A stretch of DNA of 64,000 nt from a bacterium (GCA_965209155.1 OZ242383.1:448001-512000), one strand, 5' to 3'; shown: positions 41,234-50,694, counted from the stretch's first letter. Program-made: numbers and translations. Notes: generated from the sequence alone by a model not told the origin.

Positions 41234-42241
41234 ATGAGAGCCTATCTCATTAGGCGGTTATTGCTGATAATCCCCACCTTGTTTATATTGAGCATCATAG
41301 TCTTTCTCTCCGTCCGCTTCATCCCCGGCGATATAGTAGACGCGATGGTGGCTCAGATCGAACGCAGCCAACCCGGTGGGACGATTGACCGTGAAGCTTT
41401 GGAGCGTATGCTGGGATTAGACGTGCCTGTATACGTGCAGTATGGACGCTGGATAGGAGTGTTGCCGACTCCTGAATGGGTTACCGGTGAGTCCCACTTC
41501 AAAGGTCTTCTCCAGGGCAACCTTGGCCACTCCATGATTCGCGGCAAGGTGGCGGTAGACGAGTTGATAATAGGTAGACTGCCGGTAACCCTGGAGCTTG
41601 GTGTCCTGGCAATCGTAATCGGGCTGTTGATCGCGCTGCCTGTTGGTATCTACTCAGCAATTCGCCAGGATACCGCCGCCGACTACGCAGGGCGAACCGT
41701 CGCCATCATCGGCCTGGCAACGCCCAACTTCTGGCTGGGAATGATGGTCATGATCTTCCCGGCAATCTGGTGGGGCTGGACGCCCCCGCTGAAGCTGATT
41801 CCTTTCAGCGAAGACCCGTTGGGCAATCTCGGCATGTTCCTCCTTCCCAGCCTGATCGTGGGGACGGCCACGGCTGCCAGCACCATGCGGATGACGCGGA
41901 CCATGATGCTTGAGGTGCTCAGGCAGGACTATATCAGGACCTCCTGGTCCAAGGGTCTCAAGGAGCGGGTCGTCGTTCTGAGACACGCCCTGAAGAATGC
42001 ACTCATCCCGGTAGTCACCCTGATCGGCATGGAGTTGCCGATCGTGGTTGGTGGCGCTGTTATCATGGAGAACATCTTCAACCTGCCGGGGCTGGGTCAG
42101 CTCATGGTGAATGCCCTGACTGACAGAGACTACCCGCTGATCTCCGGGATCAACCTGTTTTTCGCCACGGTGGTTGTGGGGATCAATCTCATGATCGACC
42201 TGATTTATGCTTTCTTGGACCCCAGGGTCCGTTATAAATAA
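41234..42241 (+). CDS. DppB/OppB-like ABC permease
   Basis: Intact 335 aa. Confidence 0.93.
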   Translation: MRAYLIRRLLLIIPTLFILSIIVFLSVRFIPGDIVDAMVAQIERSQPGGTIDREALERMLGLDVPVYVQYGRWIGVLPTPEWVTGESHFKGLLQGNLGHSMIRGKVAVDELIIGRLPVTLELGVLAIVIGLLIALPVGIYSAIRQDTAADYAGRTVAIIGLATPNFWLGMMVMIFPAIWWGWTPPLKLIPFSEDPLGNLGMFLLPSLIVGTATAASTMRMTRTMMLEVLRQDYIRTSWSKGLKERVVVLRHALKNALIPVVTLIGMELPIVVGGAVIMENIFNLPGLGQLMVNALTDRDYPLISGINLFFATVVVGINLMIDLIYAFLDPRVRYK

Positions 42242-42257
42242 AGGAAAAACAGAGAGT

Positions 42258-43229
42258 ATGAGTAACGCCACAGGGATACCATCAGCAGCAAGTGCGCCAA
42301 AGAGACGTTCCCGGCTGGCTGATTTCTTTACCAGGCTGGTCAAGGAGAAGCCACTAGGTACTGTCAGCGGGATTATCATATTGATATTGATTCTAGTCGC
42401 TATCTTTGCTGATGTTCTGGCTCCCTATCCACATGGTAAAGTATTCCTGATTGACAGGTTGCAGGGCCCATCAGCACAGTACCTGCTGGGTACCGACGGG
42501 TTGGGGCGAGACCTCTTGAGCCGCCTGATCTACGGGGCTCGTATTTCGTTATTTGTCGGTCTGGCGGCGACCACTCTCAATGTTTTGGTCGCCGTCCTGC
42601 TCGGCGGCACTTCAGGATTCCTTGGTGGGAAATTCGACTTGGCGGTGCAGAGATTTGTCGATGCCTGGATTGCATTCCCCGGACTGCTCATATTGTTAAC
42701 CATCATGTCCATAGTGGGGCGGGGTGTGCTACAGATAATAGTGGTCCTGGGGATCGCCGGAGGCATCGGCGCTTCCCGAGTCGTCAGAGGCGCCGTTATT
42801 GGTGTTAAAGAGAATGACTATTTTCTGGCAGCCAGGGCTGTGGGGACCCCCACGAGCCTCATCCTGTTACGCCATGTCCTGCCCAATATTATGGCGCCTG
42901 TCATCATCATATTCAGCATCAACATCGGTGGCGTCATCCTGAGTGCGGCTTCTCTGAGCTTTCTCGGATTTGGGCTGCCCCCCGCGGTTCCGGAGTGGGG
43001 AGGTCTGCTCAGCCGGGACGGGCGTGAGTACATGGAGATGGCGCCATACCTGGCTTTCTGGCCTGGTCTTTGCCTGACTATTACCATTTACAGTCTAAAC
43101 ATGTTCGGCGATGCAGTAAGAGACCTGCTCGACCCCAGGCTCAGGGGAGGTCAGGGCAGCTACGGCACTTCTTTGGTGAAACGCAAACGAGGATTCCTGG
43201 CCCGACTGATCAACCCCTTCAAATGGTAA
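42258..43229 (+). CDS. DppC/OppC-like ABC permease
   Basis: LLGTDGLGRDLLSRLIYGARISL, HVLPN, EWG, GDAVRDLLDP. Confidence 0.93.
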   Translation: MSNATGIPSAASAPKRRSRLADFFTRLVKEKPLGTVSGIIILILILVAIFADVLAPYPHGKVFLIDRLQGPSAQYLLGTDGLGRDLLSRLIYGARISLFVGLAATTLNVLVAVLLGGTSGFLGGKFDLAVQRFVDAWIAFPGLLILLTIMSIVGRGVLQIIVVLGIAGGIGASRVVRGAVIGVKENDYFLAARAVGTPTSLILLRHVLPNIMAPVIIIFSINIGGVILSAASLSFLGFGLPPAVPEWGGLLSRDGREYMEMAPYLAFWPGLCLTITIYSLNMFGDAVRDLLDPRLRGGQGSYGTSLVKRKRGFLARLINPFKW

Positions 43230-43432
43230 CCGCACAAAAAATTTTGAAAATCCTCGCTTGCTGATGGGAAGCCATGGCAAACACTACCTCTTCACGATTT
43301 TGATCCTGCTCTTTTGTCCCTTCAAGAGTGCCTAACTTTTTGGATAAGCTGCTTGGTGGGTTCCACTGAACATGGGAAATGAGATGATTTGGATATCTTT
43401 CACACAACTTGAAAAAAACCGCACCCACCAAG

Positions 43433-43879
43433 TCAGTCTTTATCTGTTTGTTGGGTTGTTTCTTTATTTTTCAACGCCTTTTGTAGTTCATTTGGTAACA
43501 ACGAAATCACAAAATCCACCATCTCTTCTGCTTGCTTGAGCCCTTCCTCCATCTCTTCACTCGTGGGTTCCATGATCTCACCAGGATAACGGAATTCCGT
43601 GGCATACGGGGTTAATAGATCTGCCGAATCTTCATATTTGACAAACGCTGAGTTTATAGATATTGCCAATTGTACCAGCAAACGGATATCATGTGTTTTA
43701 GGAAACTCTTTATCATGTAAGACCAGAAAACCTTTCACCGCCTTTTCTGCTGCTTGCTGGCAATGATAGATGGCTACATCATAGAATTGCTCGTCATCAC
43801 GTTGCAATTTCTTTGAAACAGCCAAGTCATGACTCGCTTTGATCAGCCAATTTTTGACCAAAATGGCTTTATCCTCCAT
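43433..43879 (-). CDS. HEPN-domain protein
   Basis: WL.KA..DL...YHCQQAAEKAVKG.L...KTHD...RYP. Confidence 0.9.
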   Translation of the reverse strand: MEDKAILVKNWLIKASHDLAVSKKLQRDDEQFYDVAIYHCQQAAEKAVKGFLVLHDKEFPKTHDIRLLVQLAISINSAFVKYEDSADLLTPYATEFRYPGEIMEPTSEEMEEGLKQAEEMVDFVISLLPNELQKALKNKETTQQTDKD

Positions 43880-44252
43880 AAAGCAGTTTACCCCTGTGTA
43901 ATATTTGATATTCTAAGGCGGCCGGAACCTCAGAAAATTTTTTGACTTCTTTTCGCGTTTTTACCAAAATATCTAAAGGATAGGGAATATCTCTCAAGAG
44001 ACGATAAGCAAAAGAAGCTCGCTTTGCAGGGGAAAGTTCACTATTTTTGACAATCACTAATAAATCCAAATCACTGTCTTGATGAGGATTTCCCCACACA
44101 TGAGAGCCAAAGAAAAAAATTTGCTCTGGTGCAAACTCTTCGACCAGACGCTTTGTAATCTCCTCTAATACCTGATCGATTGATTCCATATTACTTGCTC
44201 GTTTATGATACAGATGATTATTTTTGTGATTTTCAACGACAAGTTCTCCCAT
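43869..44252 (-). CDS. Minimal nucleotidyltransferase (MNT) antitoxin (likely start 44189)
   Basis: FFGS..WG....DSDLDLLVI. Confidence 0.9.
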   Translation of the reverse strand: MGELVVENHKNNHLYHKRASNMESIDQVLEEITKRLVEEFAPEQIFFFGSHVWGNPHQDSDLDLLVIVKNSELSPAKRASFAYRLLRDIPYPLDILVKTRKEVKKFSEVPAALEYQILHRGKLLYGG

Positions 44253-44284
44253 TTTTCACCATAGCATAAGAAGGGAAATTATAC

Positions 44285-44352
44285 TTCTAAATTCATGTTG
44301 CTTGATGAGCGAACCGGCTGTTGTGTAAATCGGGAGCAACGACTTGTTCAGT
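44285..44352 (-). other. Degenerate attC-like site
   Basis: Minus strand ACTGAAC-aagtc-GTTGCT...AGCAAC-atgaa-TTTAGAA (GTT altered). Confidence 0.35.
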
Positions 44353-45432
44353 GATTTTGATTATTTTTCAGAAGGAGCGTCTTTCTTGATATTTTGTAAT
44401 TTGTCTCTGAGGCTGCATCGGCAAGACAAGCATCAATACCCTCTGCCTTCTAATTCGGAAAGAGGTTTCCCAGTTATCTCAGCGGACCCTCGAAACGCCT
44501 GCCGAGAGTGCATCAGTCTTTGAAATGATTTGCTCTGAATCCCATGCTTTTCGTTCCGGGAAGGGCAGGATTGCTCCATATTTTCAAGGACTGACACAGA
44601 GAGCAGCGAGGATCAAGCCCAGGATGACACCAGCACTCGCTACTGAGGAATCAAGGTGAGCAAAAAAAATCGATTGACCTCCTCTGAATATTGTTATATA
44701 GAGAGGATACTGAAGGGGATAATGAAATCTACCAGGATATTGCCATCATCGTTCTTTTGTGATAGTTTTCAAGAAATCGCCTTGGGCTGACAAAAGGGCA
44801 ATTTTGGTAGTTCTCACGAAAACGTCTTTGGTGGAAGGTTTTTAAGAATTTCGGCTTGTTTTTCTTTTTCTTTTTTGATAATTTTCAACGAAATCTGCCT
44901 TGGGCTGACGGAGGGCAATTTTGATAACTCTCACGAAAACGCCTTGGGCTGAAGGGTTTTAAGAATTTCGGCTAGTTTTTCTTTTATGATAGTTCTCAAC
45001 GAAATCGCCTCGGGCTGACGGTTTTATTTCAAATTCGCTCATATTTTAGCCGAAAGTCAGGTAAAACCTCATATCCTCACCAGAGGATTTTTAGAAACGT
45101 TCAACAGAGAATGGAAAAGTGGCAAAAAGGTTGACTTCTTTCTCTCAATATTAAAAAGTATTTTCGTTGATCATCAGAAGACATTCATGAACGAGTCACC
45201 CTTTTCAAAAAAACCTTGATATATTTGCAGAGCGATTATACTATTTCCAGGTATGAGAAAAATTTGCTTTAAATGACTAAATCGGATCCGTCTTAAAAAA
45301 TATGTTGATTTTTTTCTGGATATAAAATATTTTCCTTAATGAGTCGCTGTCGCGAAATGGCTTTTCGCTGTCAGCTATCAATCAGGATGACATGAAAGTC
45401 TGAAATTAACCCGTTTCAAGTATAAAAATTTC

Positions 45433-45461
45433 TTGACAAAAGGTTAATATGAGAGTATCAT
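45433..45461 (+). promoter_or_regulatory. sigma70-type promoter, module 7
   Basis: TTGACA-N17-TATCAT. Confidence 0.8.
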
Positions 45462-45466
45462 TCAAT

Positions 45467-45557
45467 CACCCGGCACCCGGCACCCGGCACCCGGCACCCG
45501 GCACCCGGCACCCGGCACCCGGCACCCGGCACCCGGCACCCGGCACCCGGCACCCGG
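45467..45557 (+). repeat. Heptamer VNTR (CACCCGG)x13
   Basis: 91 nt of perfect tandem repeat. Confidence 0.98.
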
Positions 45558-45790
45558 CACCCAGTTCCCACGTTCTAAATCTCAAGTCCCCAGTTCATTG
45601 GGTTGTCCCACCTTATCTCATCTCGACATCAGGGAGAGATCCTTGAGATCCCTCGTTCTCCGTTCCGGGAACGGAACGGTAATGGGGTATTTGGAAAATC
45701 ATCGACGCCTGAATGCGTCGGTTTATGGTTCATTGCTCAATCCTGGAGCCATGAATCTTTTTTTGATCACGCCAAAATGAAGGAGACCCA

Positions 45791-47791
45791 ATGTATAGAG
45801 AAATCGTCGAGAACGTGCTTTCGGGAACGAAAGCAGGTTTTAAAGCAACACGTAATCTTATTTTTAATCAAAAAGCAGAAAGGAGCACCATGAATCGTCA
45901 AAAAAGTAGAAGAATCGTCGAGAACGTGCTTTCGGGAACGAAAGCAGGTTTTAAAGCAATCCTTAATTTTGAACATGCAATCGAAAGGAATAAGATGGAT
46001 ACTCAAAAAAGCAAATCAACCGTCAGTGCAATCCTGCTGTCCCTCACCCTGATGGTGACAGCCTTTTGGGTCAGTCCGGCTGCAGCCCAGAAGTATGTGA
46101 CCGATCCCACAACTGGTAAGGTCGTGACTGCACCTGAGTACGGCGGGACACTCACGGTAGCTCAGGGCTGGGAACCCCCGGGTATAGACCACCACGTCGC
46201 TCATTTTGTAGTGTCGGTCTACACCGCTGGCGTTTTAGAGAAGCTGGGCATGGGGGACTGGGGACTTGACAGGGACGTATGGGACTTTAGAACCGCGTTC
46301 ACACCTGAGTCTTTCCAAACGGGGGCGCTGGCGGAAAGCTGGGAGCAACCCGACCCCCTGACTTATATCTTCCACATCCGCAAGGGCGTCTACTGGCACG
46401 ACAAAGCACCGATGAATGGGAGGGAATTGACCGCCAGGGACGTAGAATATAACTTTCACCGCATGACGGGTCTGGGCAGCGGCTATACCGAACCTTCCGA
46501 GTTCCGGATCAATTTACAAAATGTGCCATTCGAATCGGTAACGGCCACCGACCAATATACGGTTGTTATGAAGCTAAAGGAGCCATCCCTGGCTGCGCTG
46601 GCGATCCTCATCGACGATCCCCTCACGTTCATATACCCCCCCGAGGTAATCGAGGAACACGGGGACGCTAACGATTGGAGGAACCTGGTCGGCACCGGGC
46701 CCTGGATGATAACTGACTTGGTCGACGGCAGCTCTCTGACCTACACCAAGAACCCCAACTACTGGGGCTACGACGAAAAATACCCGGAGAACCGCTTACC
46801 CTATATTGACAAGGTAGAGAGACTACTCATGACGGACTCGGCAACGCGTCTGGCGGCAATGCGCACAGGTCAGGTTGCTTACCTTGGTATGGGCGTGAGT
46901 GCCCCCCCCAATCTCGAAGATGTAGAGAGCCTCCAGAAGACCAACCCCGAAATCGTGGTTTATACGTATTCCTTCCGGTCGGATCATGGCTATGCCCTTA
47001 ACGTGACCAAGCCGCCCTTTGACGATATCAGGGTGCGCCGGGCAATGCAGATGGCGCTGGACCTCGAGACACTGAGCACTAGCTTCTGGAAGGCTTATGC
47101 CCCCGACCCGACACCTCAAGGGATGATACACAAGAAGCAAAAGGCATGGAGCACCCCATTTGAAGAGTGGCCCGAAGAGATCAAGGGATACTATACCTAT
47201 GACCCGGAAGGGGCTGAGAGGCTCCTTGACGAGGCAGGGTATACGAGGGGCGTCGACGGCATTCGATTTAGGACCAACGGGGATTTCACGGAATCCTGGA
47301 ATTTTTCACGATGGCATCCGGCGGTCGCCGACTACTGGAAAAAGATTGGCGTTGACGTACAGGTTCAACTTACGCCGCTGGCGAACATTCCGGCGTGGAC
47401 TGCTCGTATCAAGGCTCTGGAGCAAGGTATGACGACGGCAGTCACGTCGGTCAAATATCTCCCTTCCTCTTGGATGACCTCCGAGCATCACTCGACCCTT
47501 TCTAAGTTTAACCGCTCGGGAGTCAGTGACCCGACTTATGATGCCCTGGCTGAAGCCGTCGCAGCCGCTACCACCATCGAGGAGCAGATGAGGTTGGTCA
47601 AAGAGGCAGATATGTATTCGGTAGAGCAGCACTGGTACGTATGGGGTCCTGTCCAACCATGGTTCGAAGTGTACCAGCCGTGGGTCATAGGTTTTAACGG
47701 GGAAATCGAGCTCGGACACATGAACCGTGCTCCTGTCATATGGTCCCGCCTCTGGATTGATAGTGAGCTGAAGGCAGCAATGGGTCATTAG
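45791..47791 (+). CDS. Family 5 ABC substrate-binding protein, module 7 (probable start 45995)
   Basis: SBP motifs; two N-terminal repeat units. Confidence 0.93.
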   Translation: MYREIVENVLSGTKAGFKATRNLIFNQKAERSTMNRQKSRRIVENVLSGTKAGFKAILNFEHAIERNKMDTQKSKSTVSAILLSLTLMVTAFWVSPAAAQKYVTDPTTGKVVTAPEYGGTLTVAQGWEPPGIDHHVAHFVVSVYTAGVLEKLGMGDWGLDRDVWDFRTAFTPESFQTGALAESWEQPDPLTYIFHIRKGVYWHDKAPMNGRELTARDVEYNFHRMTGLGSGYTEPSEFRINLQNVPFESVTATDQYTVVMKLKEPSLAALAILIDDPLTFIYPPEVIEEHGDANDWRNLVGTGPWMITDLVDGSSLTYTKNPNYWGYDEKYPENRLPYIDKVERLLMTDSATRLAAMRTGQVAYLGMGVSAPPNLEDVESLQKTNPEIVVYTYSFRSDHGYALNVTKPPFDDIRVRRAMQMALDLETLSTSFWKAYAPDPTPQGMIHKKQKAWSTPFEEWPEEIKGYYTYDPEGAERLLDEAGYTRGVDGIRFRTNGDFTESWNFSRWHPAVADYWKKIGVDVQVQLTPLANIPAWTARIKALEQGMTTAVTSVKYLPSSWMTSEHHSTLSKFNRSGVSDPTYDALAEAVAAATTIEEQMRLVKEADMYSVEQHWYVWGPVQPWFEVYQPWVIGFNGEIELGHMNRAPVIWSRLWIDSELKAAMGH

Positions 47792-47801
47792 GGGGTTTCC
47801 C

Positions 47802-48755
47802 ATGAGAGCCTATATCATTAGGCGGCTATTGCTAATCATCCCCACCTTGTTTATTTTGAGCCTGATCGTCTTCTTTTCCGTCCGCTTCATCCCCGGCGGT
47901 GTAATAGACGCAATGGTGGCTAGGTCTGAATTCACGGGTACGGTAGACCGTGAAGCTCTTGAGCGCAGGCTGGGATTAGACTTGCCTGTCTGGGTGCAGT
48001 ATGGACGCTGGACAGGAAATATTTTCCGGCACGGCACCCTTGGCACGTCACTGTGGGGCGGTTTCACGGTAGAGGAGAAGATATTAGCCAGATTGCCGGT
48101 CACCCTTGAGCTGGGTCTCCTGGCAATTGTCATCGGGCTCGTGATCGCGCTGCCGGTGGGCATCTACTCGGCGATTCGCCAGGATACCATCGCCGATTAC
48201 GGGGGGCGCACCCTGGCTATCATCGGCCTGGCCACGCCGAACTTCTGGCTGGCCCTGATGGTCATGCTCTACCCGGCCATCTGGTGGAATTGGACGCCAC
48301 CGTTGAAGATGATCCCTTTTGTGAAAGACCCCCTGGGAAATCTGGGAGTGTTCATCGTCCCCAGCCTGATTCTGGGGACGGCCATGTCTGCCGCCACCAT
48401 GCGGATGACGCGCACCATGATGCTGGAGGTGCTCCGGCAGGACTTTATCCGCACTGCCTGGTCCAAGGGGCTCAAGGAGCGGATCATAGTGATCCGACAC
48501 ACTATCAAAAATGCCCTCATCCCGGTTATCACCCTGATCGGCCTGCAGTTGCCGATCCTGGTCGGGGGGGCGGTGATCATGGAGAACATCTTTAACCTGC
48601 CAGGGATCGGTAGTCTCTTGCTGAATGCCCTCACGGACCGAGACTACCCAATGGTTTCCGGAATCAACTTGTTCTTCGCCACCGGGGTAGTGCTGCTCAA
48701 TCTCCTCGTCGACCTGGTTTATCCTTATTTAGACCCCAGGATCCGGTATGAATAG
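47802..48755 (+). CDS. DppB/OppB-like ABC permease
   Basis: Intact 317 aa. Confidence 0.93.
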   Translation: MRAYIIRRLLLIIPTLFILSLIVFFSVRFIPGGVIDAMVARSEFTGTVDREALERRLGLDLPVWVQYGRWTGNIFRHGTLGTSLWGGFTVEEKILARLPVTLELGLLAIVIGLVIALPVGIYSAIRQDTIADYGGRTLAIIGLATPNFWLALMVMLYPAIWWNWTPPLKMIPFVKDPLGNLGVFIVPSLILGTAMSAATMRMTRTMMLEVLRQDFIRTAWSKGLKERIIVIRHTIKNALIPVITLIGLQLPILVGGAVIMENIFNLPGIGSLLLNALTDRDYPMVSGINLFFATGVVLLNLLVDLVYPYLDPRIRYE

Positions 48756-48941
48756 TATTCTGTGATTTTCTCAGACCCACCCCGTCCGCTTCGCGTCCAC
48801 CCCTCCCAAGAGGGGATTTTCTCAGATGCAATCCAAGTGGGGAATAGAGAATTCCCCTCCGAAGGAGGGGGGCGTGGGTAAAAACTCTGTCCGTCCATTT
48901 AAACCTGTGAAACCACTAGATAAAGGGAAGACACCTATAAC

Positions 48942-49907
48942 ATGAAGGACGCCCAAGAAACACCATCAGCAGTCAGTGATCCCAAGCGACGGGGCCGTCT
49001 GGCGGATTTCCTGATCAGGCTGCGGCGGGAGAAGCCACTGGGGACTGCCTGCGGGATGATCGTATTGATATTGATTTTTGTCGCTATCTTTGCCGATGTG
49101 GTGGCTCCTTATCCCTATGATGAAATAAACTTGATAGCCATGCTTGAAGCTCCATCAGCCCAGCATCTGCTGGGTACCGACGGGTTGGGGCGAGACTTCT
49201 TGAGCCGCCTGATCCATGGGGCTCGTATTTCGTTAGTGGTTGGTCTGGCCGCGACCACGCTCAATGTGGTGGTGGCTGCCCTGATCGGCGGCATTTCCGG
49301 ATTCCTTGGGGGGAAAGTGGACCTGGTGGTACAGCGATTTGTCGACGCCTGGATGGCGTTCCCGGGGCTGCTGCTCTTGCTGACCGTCATGTCCATCGTG
49401 GGACAGGGTCTCCTCCAGATCATCGTGGTCCTGGGGATCACCGGAGGCATCGGCGGTTCCAGAGTCATCCGGGGCGCCGTGATTGGTGTCAAAGAGAATG
49501 ACTATTTTCTGGCAGCCAGGGCCGTGGGCACCCCCACGATCCAAATCCTGATCCGCCATGTCCTGCCCAATATTATGGCTCCCGTTATCATCATCTTCTC
49601 AATCAACATCGGGGGGGTGATTATCAGTGAGGCTTCGCTGAGCTTCCTCGGATTCGGGCTGCCCATCGAGGTTCCCAGCTGGGGCGCGATGCTCAGCCGG
49701 GAAGGGCGTGAGTTCATGGAGCAGGCGCCCTGGCTGGCGCTCTGGCCTGGTTTTGCCCTGACTATTACCGTTTACAGTCTCAACATGTTCGGCGATGCCA
49801 TGCGGGATCTGCTCGATCCCCGGCTGCGGGGCGGTGAGGGAAGTTATGGCGCCGCAGGGAAACACAAACGAGGATTCCTCTCCAGACTGCTCAACCCGTT
49901 CAATTAG
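48942..49907 (+). CDS. DppC/OppC-like ABC permease
   Basis: Intact 321 aa. Confidence 0.93.
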   Translation: MKDAQETPSAVSDPKRRGRLADFLIRLRREKPLGTACGMIVLILIFVAIFADVVAPYPYDEINLIAMLEAPSAQHLLGTDGLGRDFLSRLIHGARISLVVGLAATTLNVVVAALIGGISGFLGGKVDLVVQRFVDAWMAFPGLLLLLTVMSIVGQGLLQIIVVLGITGGIGGSRVIRGAVIGVKENDYFLAARAVGTPTIQILIRHVLPNIMAPVIIIFSINIGGVIISEASLSFLGFGLPIEVPSWGAMLSREGREFMEQAPWLALWPGFALTITVYSLNMFGDAMRDLLDPRLRGGEGSYGAAGKHKRGFLSRLLNPFN

Positions 49908-50031
49908 TAAACTCAAAAAAATTGTGAAAACCCTCGCTTGCTGGCGAGAAGCCATGGCAATCACCACATTCAAGAGGAAATTCTTTGTAGATTGGGTTAA
50001 AAATTATTATAAATTCATTTTTGAAGAAGCC

Positions 50032-50694
50032 TCATTCAGGAGATTTTTGCCTTTGTTCTCGTCTGCGATAATGTTGAAAGAGTTGATTTGCTTCCTGAAT
50101 GAGTTTTTCCTGGACTTGTTCGAATGAGATTTCAGCATGGATCATTTGGGGCTTCGCGGTATCACAATCTTCAAAATAGGTGAGTCCCTTGAGGTAGAGA
50201 ATTGGGTTAAATTGAGAGTACTTGTTTTCTGCGGTCTCAAAAATCTCTTGTAATGAAACTTTTTCGAGCAAGCAATACAAATCAAAATAATCTTTTTGGG
50301 TCGCCCTTTGATTGGCAGCAATGACCTTCATCGGGGCAATGTCTCGGAAATCAGCAAGAAAGAAAAATTCTGTTTCAATGAGTTTGTATTGGAGAGGATA
50401 GCGGTAACGAATAAAACTCAGTTTGATTTGATTTTCCGTCAGTACATCCAGCGTGTTTGCGGATTCTTGAACAATCGTGAGAGAACTGTCGGTAAAGATA
50501 CCATCCGTGAGTTGTTCATACAATTGTTGCGTATCAAATGCTCCTTGACAAAAAAAATCAAAATCATCAGAAAGACGATGGCCTAGTTGGAGAGCAAGCC
50601 CTGTCCCTCCTGCAAGATAGAATGGAGAGGGGAGTTTTTGAAAACAGGGCAAGAGTTTTTGACGTTTTGAGTCGAGAATGGTCGTAATGTACAT
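50032..50694 (-). CDS. AbiEii/AbiGii-family nucleotidyltransferase toxin
   Basis: FYLAGGTGLALQLGHRLSDDFDFF...MK..A..QR...KDYFDLY. Confidence 0.88.
   Translation of the reverse strand: MYITTILDSKRQKLLPCFQKLPSPFYLAGGTGLALQLGHRLSDDFDFFCQGAFDTQQLYEQLTDGIFTDSSLTIVQESANTLDVLTENQIKLSFIRYRYPLQYKLIETEFFFLADFRDIAPMKVIAANQRATQKDYFDLYCLLEKVSLQEIFETAENKYSQFNPILYLKGLTYFEDCDTAKPQMIHAEISFEQVQEKLIQEANQLFQHYRRREQRQKSPE

Larger units (their letters stand above)
44466..45790 (+). repeat. Module 7 leader
   Basis: Longest copy; five sub-repeats at 44759-45020. Confidence 0.95.

Noticed and set aside
44759..45020. CRISPR array suggested by ~30-nt repeats with intervening sequence
   Set aside because: Repeats are degenerate, the intervening sequences resemble each other and vary widely in length, and no cas genes are present
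45449..45646. ORF with PAPGTRH repeats (also 31195..31398)
   Set aside because: It is just the heptamer VNTR translated; it starts inside the promoter spacer and its frame changes with copy number
659..49973. Many recurring antisense or alternate-frame ORFs over the SBP and permease genes
   Set aside because: Shadows of GC-rich coding sequence; they recur only because the genes are paralogous
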